Translations under genes and position numbers: made by a program | Notes under the pieces: model-generated | What the model was told of the DNA's origin: nothing | The model's input: only the letters and a program-made list of their open reading frames with translations | Database searches by the model: none | Part shown: piece by piece, positions 28,750 through 37,596 of the stretch | How the letters are laid out: every line of letters starts with the position of its first letter | How positions within the stretch are numbered: the first letter of the stretch is position 1 | Assembly (NCBI GenBank): GCA_964195735.1 | Contig: CAXMQY010000056.1 | Span: 1,503 to 65,502 of the forward strand | Direction: 5' to 3' | DNA from: an uncultured Haliangium sp. | GTDB lineage: Bacteria > Pseudomonadota > Gammaproteobacteria > GCA-001735895 | DNA length: 64,000 bases

Positions 28750-28803
28750 CGTTTTCCCGTCAGTCGGCGAAGACGCCGAGTTATATTCTACAGGCCCCGT
28801 CCG

Positions 28804-30480
28804 TTATTTCACGCTCACGCGCAAGCTGTCAACTGTCGCGGTCGGTGTCAGTATGTTGGCATCGAGCCGCACTTCGATCAATGCGGGCTTGTCCACAGCC
28901 AGGCAGCGCACGAACGCCGCCTCGAACTCCTCGGTTTTGACTATGCGTTCAGCGTGTGCGCCGTGGGCTTGCGCAAGCGCCACAAAATCGGGATTGATCA
29001 TGTCGGTGCCGATGACGCGGCCTGGATACTCGCTTTCCTGGTGCATGCGAATGGTGGCGTAGATACCGTTGTTGACAACGATGACAATGATGTTCGCCCG
29101 GTATTGCATGGCGGTTGCGAACTCCTGCCCGGTCATCATGAAGTCGCCGTCACCGGTCACCGCGATAACGCAGCGTTCGGGATGGCTCAGCTTCGCTGCA
29201 ACCGCCGCCGGCAAGCCGTAACCCATGGTGCCACTGGTCGGCGCCAACTGGTTTCGATACTGGCGATAGCGAAAGAACCGGTGCAGCCAGCTGGTATTGT
29301 TGCCGGCGCCATTGCAGAGAATGGCGTCGCTATCTGTGTGTTCGCGGATGCTGTGGATGATCTCGGAAAACTGAACTTCCCCTGGCACCGTGATCGAGCG
29401 GTTCCAGTCCAGGTATTGTTGGTGCGTCGAACTGACCCGTTGCTGCCTTTTTGTCGAAGGGGCGGACTCGAGTTCGATTTCGGCCAGCGCCGCGACGAAA
29501 GGCTGCGAGCCGGCGTTTATCGCGAGATCGGGCTGGTAGACGTGGCCGAGTTCGTCGGCCCCCGAGTGTACGTGAATCAGGCTTTGCCGCGGGCAAGGAA
29601 TATCGATCAGGCTAAAACCGGCGGTGGTCATCTCACCGAGGCGCGCGCCGATTACCAATAGGCAGTCGGCGTCCCTCACCAGCTGATGCAAGTCTGGATT
29701 GACGCCGATGCCGAGATCGCCGGCATAGTTCGGATGCTCGTTGTCGATGAAATCCTGGCATCGAAACGAGTTCAGCAAGGGAATGCCGCTGGTTGTCGCG
29801 AACTGTTGCAGCTGCTGGCGTGTCGCCTCGCTCCAGCCGCTGCCGCCGACGATAATCAGCGGTCGCTCAGCCTCGGTTAGTAGTGTACAGGTCTGTTGCA
29901 TCTGCTCAGAGGAAGGACTGATCGGCACTGGTTGTGTAGGACGGGCATCCTTTGCCGTGGTTAGATCGGTCAGCATGTCTTCCGGCAGTGCCAGCACCAC
30001 CGGGCCGGGCCGGCCGCTGGTGGCGACGCTGAAAGCGCGGTTCAGGTATTCGGGTATGCGCGCAGCGTCGTCAATTTGCGCGACCCACTTGGTGACCTCG
30101 GAAAACATGCGCCGGTAATCGATTTCCTGGAAGGCTTCGCGATCAATATCCTTGCGCGCAATCTGCCCGATCAGCAGTATCATCGGGGTCGAATCCTGCA
30201 ACGCGACGTGTAGGCCGCCGCTGGCATTGGTGGCGCCCGGGCCGCGCGTGACGAAGCAAATGCCGGGTTTGCCGCTGAGCTTGCCCTCGGCCTCGGCCAT
30301 GAAAGCCGCGCCACCCTCGTTGCGGCACACGATCAGCGAAATTTCGCTACGATCGTACAGTGCATCCAGCGCTGCCAGGTAACTTTCGCCGGGTATACAG
30401 TAGATGCGCTCTACCCCATTGATTTTGAGGGCGTCGACCAGAACTTCGGCGCCGCTTCGGGTTTCGTTGTGTTCGTTCAA
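28804..30480 (-). CDS. thiamine pyrophosphate-dependent enzyme, acetolactate synthase/sulfoacetaldehyde acetyltransferase-like family
   Basis: 558 aa. The N-terminal Pyr domain is GAEVLVDALKINGVERIYCIPGESY, and the C-terminal TPP-binding domain carries GDGDFMM...N motifs. Confidence 0.8.
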   Translation of the reverse strand: MNEHNETRSGAEVLVDALKINGVERIYCIPGESYLAALDALYDRSEISLIVCRNEGGAAFMAEAEGKLSGKPGICFVTRGPGATNASGGLHVALQDSTPMILLIGQIARKDIDREAFQEIDYRRMFSEVTKWVAQIDDAARIPEYLNRAFSVATSGRPGPVVLALPEDMLTDLTTAKDARPTQPVPISPSSEQMQQTCTLLTEAERPLIIVGGSGWSEATRQQLQQFATTSGIPLLNSFRCQDFIDNEHPNYAGDLGIGVNPDLHQLVRDADCLLVIGARLGEMTTAGFSLIDIPCPRQSLIHVHSGADELGHVYQPDLAINAGSQPFVAALAEIELESAPSTKRQQRVSSTHQQYLDWNRSITVPGEVQFSEIIHSIREHTDSDAILCNGAGNNTSWLHRFFRYRQYRNQLAPTSGTMGYGLPAAVAAKLSHPERCVIAVTGDGDFMMTGQEFATAMQYRANIIVIVVNNGIYATIRMHQESEYPGRVIGTDMINPDFVALAQAHGAHAERIVKTEEFEAAFVRCLAVDKPALIEVRLDANILTPTATVDSLRVSVK

Positions 30481-30639
30481 AATAATCTGTGCTTGCTCTT
30501 CGCTGTTGATTGATCTTCGGTTAGTGCTGCCCTTTTTATTCCGAGCCGTGCAAGACGGCGCGTCGTGCCGCTATCTTTACCGTGATGCGATAAAAAAGCA
30601 ATGCCGGTGACTCCCGAAAAAAACCGGTCTTTTGACTGT

Positions 30640-30830
30640 TTTCAGGGCCGTGTATGCCCACTGGTAAGTGTGTGTCCCATGGGTGCCCCGCTGGCGGTCG
30701 CACTCGTGCGACTCGTGCGACAAGGCGTGTGTCCCACTGGTGCCTCCACCCACTGGTGCTCCACTGGATTCAGGAGTGTGTGTCCCACGGGTGGGATGGT
30801 GAGCCACTGGTGATATCCAGGTGGTCAGCG
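30640..30830. repeat. composite REP/BIME-like repeat zone. At least 3 copies of GTGTGTGTCCCAYGGGTG plus repeated CCACTGGTG motifs and a GTCGCAC-TC-GTGCGAC palindrome.
   Basis: Direct reading. The same GGGACACAC core flanks the RAYT-like gene. Confidence 0.55.
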
Positions 30831-30913
30831 ATAAGGAGCGGATGCTCTGAGGTTACCGGGCGGAGCAAGATCTGGTGGCGAGGATGGGGCTGCCAGCGTT
30901 GCTGGAATAGAAC

Positions 30914-31873
30914 TCAGCGCTGATTGGAACGGCGATTGAAACTCAGCGCGCCGCGCGCTCGCAACTCGAGTGAGCGCAGGCTGTAAAGGAAAAAGCGATT
31001 GAGCGGTGCATCGAAGCCGATTTCGTAGGCGAGACGCACCACGGCGCCATTTTGCGCATCGAGTTCAGATGGCCGCCCGCGCACCAGGTCGCGTTGCATC
31101 GAGGTTGTCGAGTTGGGTGGAATTTCTTGCAGCGTCGCCATGGTCCTGTCGACGCTGTCCGCAGGCAGGGCAACGCCCCTGGCGAGACCAAGCCGGTAAA
31201 TTTCGTCGGTCGCCTGGATCAGCAGATCGCAGGTCTCGGGTTGTTCCAGCAATACGCCGAGAGGTGCGCGTGACACGGCGCCCAGGCCGCTCCAGGGCGT
31301 AATCAGCATGAACTTCAACCACATCGCGACCAATACGTCATCCGGAATGCTCGATTTGACGCCGCTGCAATGGTTGAAAATCTCCGACAGGGCGTTGACC
31401 CGTGGATCCGGGCGATTGTCGAGGTGGCCGAAGCGTATCAGTGGATTGGCGCCGCTGTGCTTGATGTGGCCAGGGCTTGCCTGGAACGCGACGATCGCAC
31501 AAAGTCCGCCGAGCACATTTGACGGATCGAGTATTGCGGCGAGCTGGTCGGGCGCCTCGACTCCATTCTGCAGCGGCACGACAAGCGTATCGGGGCCCAC
31601 CATGGGCAGGATGGCGCGCGCTGCGGCGGTCACCTGCCAGGCCTTGACGCAACACAACACATAATCGACGATGCCGACATCGACCGGGTTATTGGTCACC
31701 TTGACGCGGTCGATAATAAAGTCACCCGCGATGCTGCCGACCTTGAGGCCCTGCGTTCGTAATGCCGAGAGATTCTCGTTGCGCGCGATAAAGGTCACGT
31801 CCTGGCCGATTTGCGCCAGTCGCCCACCAAAATAAGCGCCGACACCGCCGCAGCCATATACCGCTATTCGCAT
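30914..31873 (-). CDS. 2-dehydropantoate 2-reductase family protein (PanE/ApbA-like ketopantoate reductase)
   Basis: MRIAVYGCGGVGAYFGGRLA is a Rossmann N-terminus. The protein is 319 aa with the PanE/ApbA C-terminal domain. Confidence 0.8.
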   Translation of the reverse strand: MRIAVYGCGGVGAYFGGRLAQIGQDVTFIARNENLSALRTQGLKVGSIAGDFIIDRVKVTNNPVDVGIVDYVLCCVKAWQVTAAARAILPMVGPDTLVVPLQNGVEAPDQLAAILDPSNVLGGLCAIVAFQASPGHIKHSGANPLIRFGHLDNRPDPRVNALSEIFNHCSGVKSSIPDDVLVAMWLKFMLITPWSGLGAVSRAPLGVLLEQPETCDLLIQATDEIYRLGLARGVALPADSVDRTMATLQEIPPNSTTSMQRDLVRGRPSELDAQNGAVVRLAYEIGFDAPLNRFFLYSLRSLELRARGALSFNRRSNQR

Positions 31874-31989
31874 TCCGTCTCCGTAAAACTTAACTGTGAC
31901 ATCATATTATGGCGCAGTGTCATTGATTTGTAAGAATATTTCGTGGACATATTTCACTCCGACCGGTGCTTGGGCGTGAAGCCGATAGA

Positions 31990-32222
31990 TCCACCAGCAG
32001 TCCTTGATCAATAGAGAAGTGTGCTTTACTATTTCATTTATCTAATAAATGGTAAATATTTCCATTTTAATTAATAAGATGGAATGACTGAACAAAATGT
32101 TAAATATCAATAATATATAGATTAAAGTGTTAATGAAATAAATGTAATGGAATACATTTCTAAAACAAAATATGTCGCTTTTGAGCATGTTTTAACCCCG
32201 CTATACTGCTAAATTTCGCACC
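31990..32222. promoter_or_regulatory. AT-rich (about 75% A+T over about 190 bp) divergent intergenic region between the panE-like and iclR genes. Probable shared promoter/operator region.
   Basis: Sharp compositional contrast with the about 62% GC flanks. The region is rich in AATAA/TAAAT words. Confidence 0.4.
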
Positions 32223-33056
32223 ATGTCTAGTCCAGTAACACCAATTACCCGCAAACGCGGCCGTCCGCCGGGCCCGAACAGTCGTGCCGGCGATGGAAAG
32301 AATCAATCGCTTTCGCGTGCGCTGAATCTGCTGCAACGCCTGGCGGAAACACCGTCCGGATTGAGCCTGACCGACCTGTCGTACCAGTTGGGCATACCTA
32401 CCGCGACCGTGCACCGGATGCTGAATACCTTCGAGGAACAGGATTTTGTCGAGCAGGATGTGGAGCAGGGACTGTGGTTCGTCGGTCTGAAGGCGTTTAC
32501 GATCGGCAATGCTTTCCTCGGCCGACGCGATTTTGTCGCCAGCGCACGCTCGCATATGCACAACCTGGTCGAGCAATGTGGCGAAACCGCCAATCTCGGG
32601 GTGATCGACGACGGCGAAGTCGTGTTCATCAGCCAGGTCGAGTCGCCTGAAGTGATGCGCATGATCGTGCGCCTCGGCAGCCGCTCGCCGATTCACGCCT
32701 CGGGCGTCGGCAAGGCCTTGCTCGCTTACCTGCCGGAACAACGCTTTGCGCGAATTTTGCAGCAGCGCGGCCTGGCGCATTATACCGAGAAGACTATCGA
32801 TAACCCGACGCGGTTGCGTGACGAGCTGGACCATGTCAGGCAGCTCGGATACGCGCTCGATGATGAAGAGCACGCGATTGGGCTGCGTTGTGTGGCCTCG
32901 GCGATATTTGATCAAAACGGCCAGGCGCTGGCGGCGATTTCACTGTCGGGTCCGAAGGCGCGTGTGACCGATGCCCGCCTTGACGAACTGGGCATTGCGG
33001 TGCGCCAGACCGCCGATGAAATTACCCAGGCCCTGGGTGGCCATCGACCCGTTTGA
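32223..33056 (+). CDS. IclR-family transcriptional regulator
   Basis: N-terminal wHTH (LSLTDLSYQLGIPTATVHRML) plus C-terminal IclR effector domain, 277 aa. Confidence 0.85.
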   Translation: MSSPVTPITRKRGRPPGPNSRAGDGKNQSLSRALNLLQRLAETPSGLSLTDLSYQLGIPTATVHRMLNTFEEQDFVEQDVEQGLWFVGLKAFTIGNAFLGRRDFVASARSHMHNLVEQCGETANLGVIDDGEVVFISQVESPEVMRMIVRLGSRSPIHASGVGKALLAYLPEQRFARILQQRGLAHYTEKTIDNPTRLRDELDHVRQLGYALDDEEHAIGLRCVASAIFDQNGQALAAISLSGPKARVTDARLDELGIAVRQTADEITQALGGHRPV

Positions 33057-33116
33057 ATTAACTTCCGCCACCTCAGATGGTGGCGAGCGAAGAATTAATT
33101 ACAGGAGCAACGAATC

Positions 33117-34385
33117 ATGTCAGCACAAATCGACTTTAACGACAACCCCGCGGAGAAATCCGAAATGTTTGCACAACTTGAAATCCCCCATACGCTGGCG
33201 GCAGGCCCAGGCCCCGGCAACACAGATCCGCGCGTACTCGAGCGCTTCGCGGCGGCCGGCGTCGCCGATCACATGCAGGCCGACGTGGTACGCGGCATGA
33301 AGGAAGCCAAGTTCATGCTGCGTGAAGTCTTCGGAACCAAAAATGCCTACACTTTCGGCGTTTGCGGCACCGGCTGGGATGGCCTTGACTGTGCCTTTTC
33401 ACCGATCCTGCCCGGCGACAACGTGGTCAGTTTTGTTAACGGTACTTTCAGCGGCCTCGACGATTTCAATATTCGCCTGAAAGCATCTTCTCCAGAGGAC
33501 CTGGCGAAGGATCCGATGAACCCGAAGCCTGCCAACGTGGTCACGGTAAGCGTTGCGCACGGCGAGTCGGTGACCGGCGACGTCATCGAAGCGGCACTGG
33601 CCGAGCACAAACCGATGTGGGCCTTCATGGCGCACTGGGAAACCGGTAGCGGCCGGATCAACGATCTCCAGGGTTTTAACGACGCCTGCGCGCGCCACGG
33701 TGTGATGGGCATCGTCGATGCGGTATCGAGCCTCGGCATCAGCTACTTCAGCATCGACGACTACCCGGCGATCACCAGCTGGGCTTCCTGTCCGCAGAAA
33801 GGCATTCTCGGTCTGCCGCTGACCTATGCACCGGTCAGCTTCAACGAAAAGGTCATCGATCTGTTGCGCAAGCGCGGTTGTCATACCTACGTACACCATC
33901 CGATCCTGGAAGCGCGTCACTGGTGTATCGCCGACGGTGCGGACGTCGACACCGCGGCTTACCACCGCACCCATTCGGGCTACGCGGTCGCGTCTTTCCA
34001 CGAAGCGCTGCGCCTGTTGCTGCAACACGGCCGCGAGCAGAAGGCTGCCGACTACGCATTTTATGAAAAGGGCTTGCGTAACGCGATCGAGGCGATGGGT
34101 TGCAAGATCACCTCGAACATGACCAGCCTGTTGGTTTTCGATCTGCCGGAAGCTTTCACGGGCAAGGAAAAGGAACTGGTGAACGGTTGCCGCGCCGCCG
34201 GTTTCGCGATCTGGAACACGCTCTCCGAGCCCGCGCAGATTCGTATCGGTATACTCAACCAGCTGACCGTTCCCGCCATCAACGACATTGTCGGCCGTTA
34301 CGCCGACGCGATGATCGAGATGGGCGCCGCGGTCGACAAGACCGGTATCCTCAGCGATCTGAACGCCTACCTGGCAACGAGATAG
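33117..34385 (+). CDS. class V (fold-type I) pyridoxal-phosphate aminotransferase (serine/alanine-glyoxylate or AEP-pyruvate aminotransferase-like)
   Basis: 422 aa with an AGT/PhnW-like architecture. Confidence 0.75.
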   Translation: MSAQIDFNDNPAEKSEMFAQLEIPHTLAAGPGPGNTDPRVLERFAAAGVADHMQADVVRGMKEAKFMLREVFGTKNAYTFGVCGTGWDGLDCAFSPILPGDNVVSFVNGTFSGLDDFNIRLKASSPEDLAKDPMNPKPANVVTVSVAHGESVTGDVIEAALAEHKPMWAFMAHWETGSGRINDLQGFNDACARHGVMGIVDAVSSLGISYFSIDDYPAITSWASCPQKGILGLPLTYAPVSFNEKVIDLLRKRGCHTYVHHPILEARHWCIADGADVDTAAYHRTHSGYAVASFHEALRLLLQHGREQKAADYAFYEKGLRNAIEAMGCKITSNMTSLLVFDLPEAFTGKEKELVNGCRAAGFAIWNTLSEPAQIRIGILNQLTVPAINDIVGRYADAMIEMGAAVDKTGILSDLNAYLATR

Positions 34386-34454
34386 TTAACAAAGGTCTCC
34401 TCCAGGCTTAGCGCCGGCCTTCGAGCCGGCGTTTTTTTGTCTGGATAGGCGGTG

Positions 34455-35609
34455 CTAGAACGCCTTGCCGCGCGCGCTCACTGGCCACAGGCATTCGACC
34501 CTGTCGGCGCGAATGCCAACATACCAGTCGTGCAGGTTGCAGGTCGGGTCACAGTGTCCTGGCACCAGTTTCAATTTCTGGTTAAGACGCAGACGGTTGT
34601 GCGGGTCCGCAATGTTACCATGCTCATCGGAGCAACTGACGTACTCGACATCGTCGCGTTCGAAAACCCGGGGTAATCCCGAGTCGACCGACTGCACCTT
34701 GAGCCCGGCATCACAAATCGCGAGATCGAGCTTCGTCTTCGACATGATCGAAGTCCACAGGAACAGGCTGTTGCGAAACTCCGAGATCGGCTGGCCGGAC
34801 TGGTCGAGCACGCGCTGGTAGTCGGCGTCCATGAAGACGTAGGAACCACACTGCAGTTCGTTGTAAAGACCAGAAGCGGCCTCGAAGTGATAGGAGCCGG
34901 TACCGGCCCCGGCGACGATATCGCAGTGCAGACCGGCCGCGACGAGATCGCTCACGGTCGCCTGCGTCTGCGAGACAGCCAGCGCGATGGCCATGCCACG
35001 CTCGCCGTGGTCGCGAATGTGCTGGGCGTTGCCCTGGTAGGCTTGCAGACCGGCGAAGCGCAAGCCCGGACTGCGGGCCACGCGTTGCGCGAGTGCGAGT
35101 GCCGGCTGACCCGGAGCCACACCACAACGACCCGCACCGCAGTCGATTTCGACCAGGCATTCGATGCTCGCGCCGTGACGGACCGCGGCTTCAGACAACT
35201 GGTCGATATTGCCGGCATCGTCAACACAGACGAGCAGGCGCGCGCGCAGCGCCAATTGAGCCAGGCGCTCGACTTTTACAGGATCGGCAACCTGGTTTGA
35301 AATCAGCACGTCGTCGATACCGCCTGCCACCATGACCTCGGCCTCCGACAGTTTCTGGCAACAAATTCCGCAGGCGCCGCCCTGTTCCATCTGGTAACGC
35401 GCGATGTCGACAGACTTGTGCGTCTTCGCATGTGCGCGCAAGCGCACTCCGGCGCGTTCGATCTGTGCGCGCAGTTCCCGGACATTGTGTTCGAAGGCTT
35501 CGAGGTCGACGATCAACGCCGGCGTGACGACATCGGCAAGCGACATGCCGACCTGGGCCGGAATGTCGAGGCCGACGACGAGATGACTGTAATCAGCGGT
35601 TACCTTCAT
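34455..35609 (-). CDS. DSD1-family PLP-dependent enzyme (alanine-racemase-like N-terminal domain; D-serine deaminase/D-threonine aldolase-like)
   Basis: LRAHAKTHKS is a PLP-Lys motif, and the protein is 384 aa. The start is preceded by AGGAGGAG as an RBS. Confidence 0.75.
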   Translation of the reverse strand: MKVTADYSHLVVGLDIPAQVGMSLADVVTPALIVDLEAFEHNVRELRAQIERAGVRLRAHAKTHKSVDIARYQMEQGGACGICCQKLSEAEVMVAGGIDDVLISNQVADPVKVERLAQLALRARLLVCVDDAGNIDQLSEAAVRHGASIECLVEIDCGAGRCGVAPGQPALALAQRVARSPGLRFAGLQAYQGNAQHIRDHGERGMAIALAVSQTQATVSDLVAAGLHCDIVAGAGTGSYHFEAASGLYNELQCGSYVFMDADYQRVLDQSGQPISEFRNSLFLWTSIMSKTKLDLAICDAGLKVQSVDSGLPRVFERDDVEYVSCSDEHGNIADPHNRLRLNQKLKLVPGHCDPTCNLHDWYVGIRADRVECLWPVSARGKAF

Positions 35610-36688
35610 TTCTCCTCCTTTACCCTAGAATCCTCAGTAGGTTTAACTGAGGATTCTAGGGTTACCCGTGGACAGCCCGGACAGCTGTGCAGATCGACGT
35701 TGCCGCCGGTGATAATCACACCGATGCGCTGGCCGTGAAAACGTTCGCGATTCTTCAGCAATACTGCTAATGGCACCGCCGAGGAAGGTTCAATGATCAA
35801 CTTCATGCGCTCCCAGGTCAGGTACATCGCATCCAGAATTTCCTTTTCGCTGGCGAGTAGTATGTCCTCTACGAAGCTGGATATGAAATGCCATGTGCGC
35901 GGTTTCAGGTTGGTATTGAGTCCGTCTGCCACCGAATGCTGGCCGTCGCGTAAAACGATACGGCCTGACTGCAACGAGCGATGGGCGTCGTCGGCGCTTG
36001 CCGGTTCGGCGCCATAAACGCGCGTGTTCGGGGAGACTTGCGACAGGCTCAGACAACTGCCGGAAATCAGACCGCCGCCACCGACCGGCGCGATGACGCA
36101 GTCGAGATCGTCGATCTGGCGTTGCAATTCGAGCGCGCAGGTTGCCTGACCTGCGATCACGCGCGCGTCGTCGTAAGGGTGTACCGGGTCGGCGCCGGTT
36201 TCGGCAACGACCTGTTCCAGCATGGCTTCGCGCGCGGCCTGTGTGGGTTCGCACTCGATAATCCTGCCTCCGTAGCCTCGCACCGCCGCCTTCTTCGCTC
36301 GCGGCGCAGTGCGCGGCATAACTACGGTCGCGGGGATGCCGCGCTGTGCGGCGGCGTAGCTGAGCGCGCCGGCGTGATTGCCTGAAGAGTGCGTTGCAAC
36401 ACCCCTGGCCGCGGTGGCGTCGTCGAGGCTAAACACCGCGTTGGTCGCGCCGCGGGCCTTGAAGGCGCCCACTTTTTGCAGGTTTTCGCACTTGAAAAAG
36501 AGTTCGGCGCCGCACAGGCCGTTCAGGTAACTCGAGGTCATGACAGGCGTTTCATGGATATAGGGGGCGATGCGCGCCTCGGCAGCGAGCACGTCGTCGA
36601 AAGTCGGAATATCCATGGGCGCGGCCTCGTCGCATTGAGCAATCACAAAGCGCAATGATGCCATAGAATTCAGGCACTCTGATTCCAA
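35606..36688 (-). CDS. threonine/serine dehydratase-like PLP enzyme (fold-type II). The start is uncertain and the C-terminal 27 aa are encoded by a palindromic insert.
   Basis: FKCENLQKVGAFKARGA is a PLP-Lys motif, and ...GGGG is the glycine-rich loop. The probable true start is MDIPTFDDV at 36616. Confidence 0.8.
   Translation of the reverse strand: MESECLNSMASLRFVIAQCDEAAPMDIPTFDDVLAAEARIAPYIHETPVMTSSYLNGLCGAELFFKCENLQKVGAFKARGATNAVFSLDDATAARGVATHSSGNHAGALSYAAAQRGIPATVVMPRTAPRAKKAAVRGYGGRIIECEPTQAAREAMLEQVVAETGADPVHPYDDARVIAGQATCALELQRQIDDLDCVIAPVGGGGLISGSCLSLSQVSPNTRVYGAEPASADDAHRSLQSGRIVLRDGQHSVADGLNTNLKPRTWHFISSFVEDILLASEKEILDAMYLTWERMKLIIEPSSAVPLAVLLKNRERFHGQRIGVIITGGNVDLHSCPGCPRVTLESSVKPTEDSRVKEEK
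35615..35655. repeat. perfect 17-bp inverted repeat ACCCTAGAATCCTCAGT-aggttta-ACTGAGGATTCTAGGGT
   Basis: Read directly. It lies between the conserved end of the dehydratase-like ORF and the RBS/start of the downstream gene, and is translated in-frame as a tail. Confidence 0.8.
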
Positions 36689-36802
36689 AATTTCCGGGTC
36701 GAAGTTGGATGTTGTTTATACTGACGGTATCGCATGCGCGGAGGAGCGACAATTAGTGTGAAGTCCGTCGAAACAGCCAACTTTCCGACCGCCAGGTGGC
36801 AA

Positions 36803-37573
36803 CTATTGCAGCGTTTTGGCCGCCATGGATTCATTTGCTGGAAGATCTGCGTTGGTCTGTGTCCTCAATTTATCGGTGAGTTGCTTTTGTAGCCGGAGCC
36901 ATCGCGGTGTGTTGCCGACCCAGGGTTGTATGCTCTGCTGTCTTCGCAGCGCGCTGCGGTAGTCCCCACGAGTCATGTCGTAGCCAATCGCAACATGTTG
37001 CAGGCTGACCAACGGGCCCAACCTGTCGATTCCGTGATCCAGTGATTTTAAAGCCCGTTCGAGACCATTCGCTTCGATGGTCGCTTCGATAGCAGCCAGT
37101 TCGAGGTAGTAATCGGGTGAGGGCTTTTGGCTGATTCCAATCAAGGTCTGGTAGTCATCGATTGCCTGTTTGGTGAATTGCAGATCTCTATAGGTGATGG
37201 CTCGCTTGTGGAGGGAAGGAATATGGTCTGGATAGCGTCGCAGGTATTCGCCGAAGGCCTCGATTGCGGCTGGATAATCATTCTTTGCCAGGTGATACAG
37301 TCCTGCTACATAAGCCGCTTCCTGATCGCCGCCAAGCATTTCTGCAGTTTCGATATCGGCCACTGCCAGATCCAGGTCGCCGTGCTCCAGATAGAGGCTG
37401 GCGCGTTCGAGCCTTACCGCCTGGTCGAGCGGGTTTAGTGAAAGCTCATTCGACGCTTGCCGTAGCCTTTCGTCAATCGTCTCGTTTGCCTGGACCGTAA
37501 CATTGCATGACATGCAGAGCAGCAGGGCAATAGTCGCTATAAAGCCGAAGCTGTAATGTCGAGAATTGATCAA
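36803..37573 (-). CDS. secreted TPR-repeat protein
   Basis: Signal peptide FGFIATIALLLCMSCNVTVQA followed by TPR-like helical repeats. Confidence 0.65.
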   Translation of the reverse strand: MINSRHYSFGFIATIALLLCMSCNVTVQANETIDERLRQASNELSLNPLDQAVRLERASLYLEHGDLDLAVADIETAEMLGGDQEAAYVAGLYHLAKNDYPAAIEAFGEYLRRYPDHIPSLHKRAITYRDLQFTKQAIDDYQTLIGISQKPSPDYYLELAAIEATIEANGLERALKSLDHGIDRLGPLVSLQHVAIGYDMTRGDYRSALRRQQSIQPWVGNTPRWLRLQKQLTDKLRTQTNADLPANESMAAKTLQ

Positions 37574-37596
37574 CTGATTTCCCCGCTTTCCGGCGT

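Noticed and set aside
30577-30807. 76-aa minus-strand ORF rich in His/Thr/Gly
   Set aside because: Produced by reading through the REP/BIME repeat cluster. Low complexity and intergenic between convergent and divergent genes.
32151-32216. 21-codon ORF inside the AT-rich region as a leader peptide
   Set aside because: No RBS and no conservation evidence. It is mentioned only as a possibility in the AT-rich finding.
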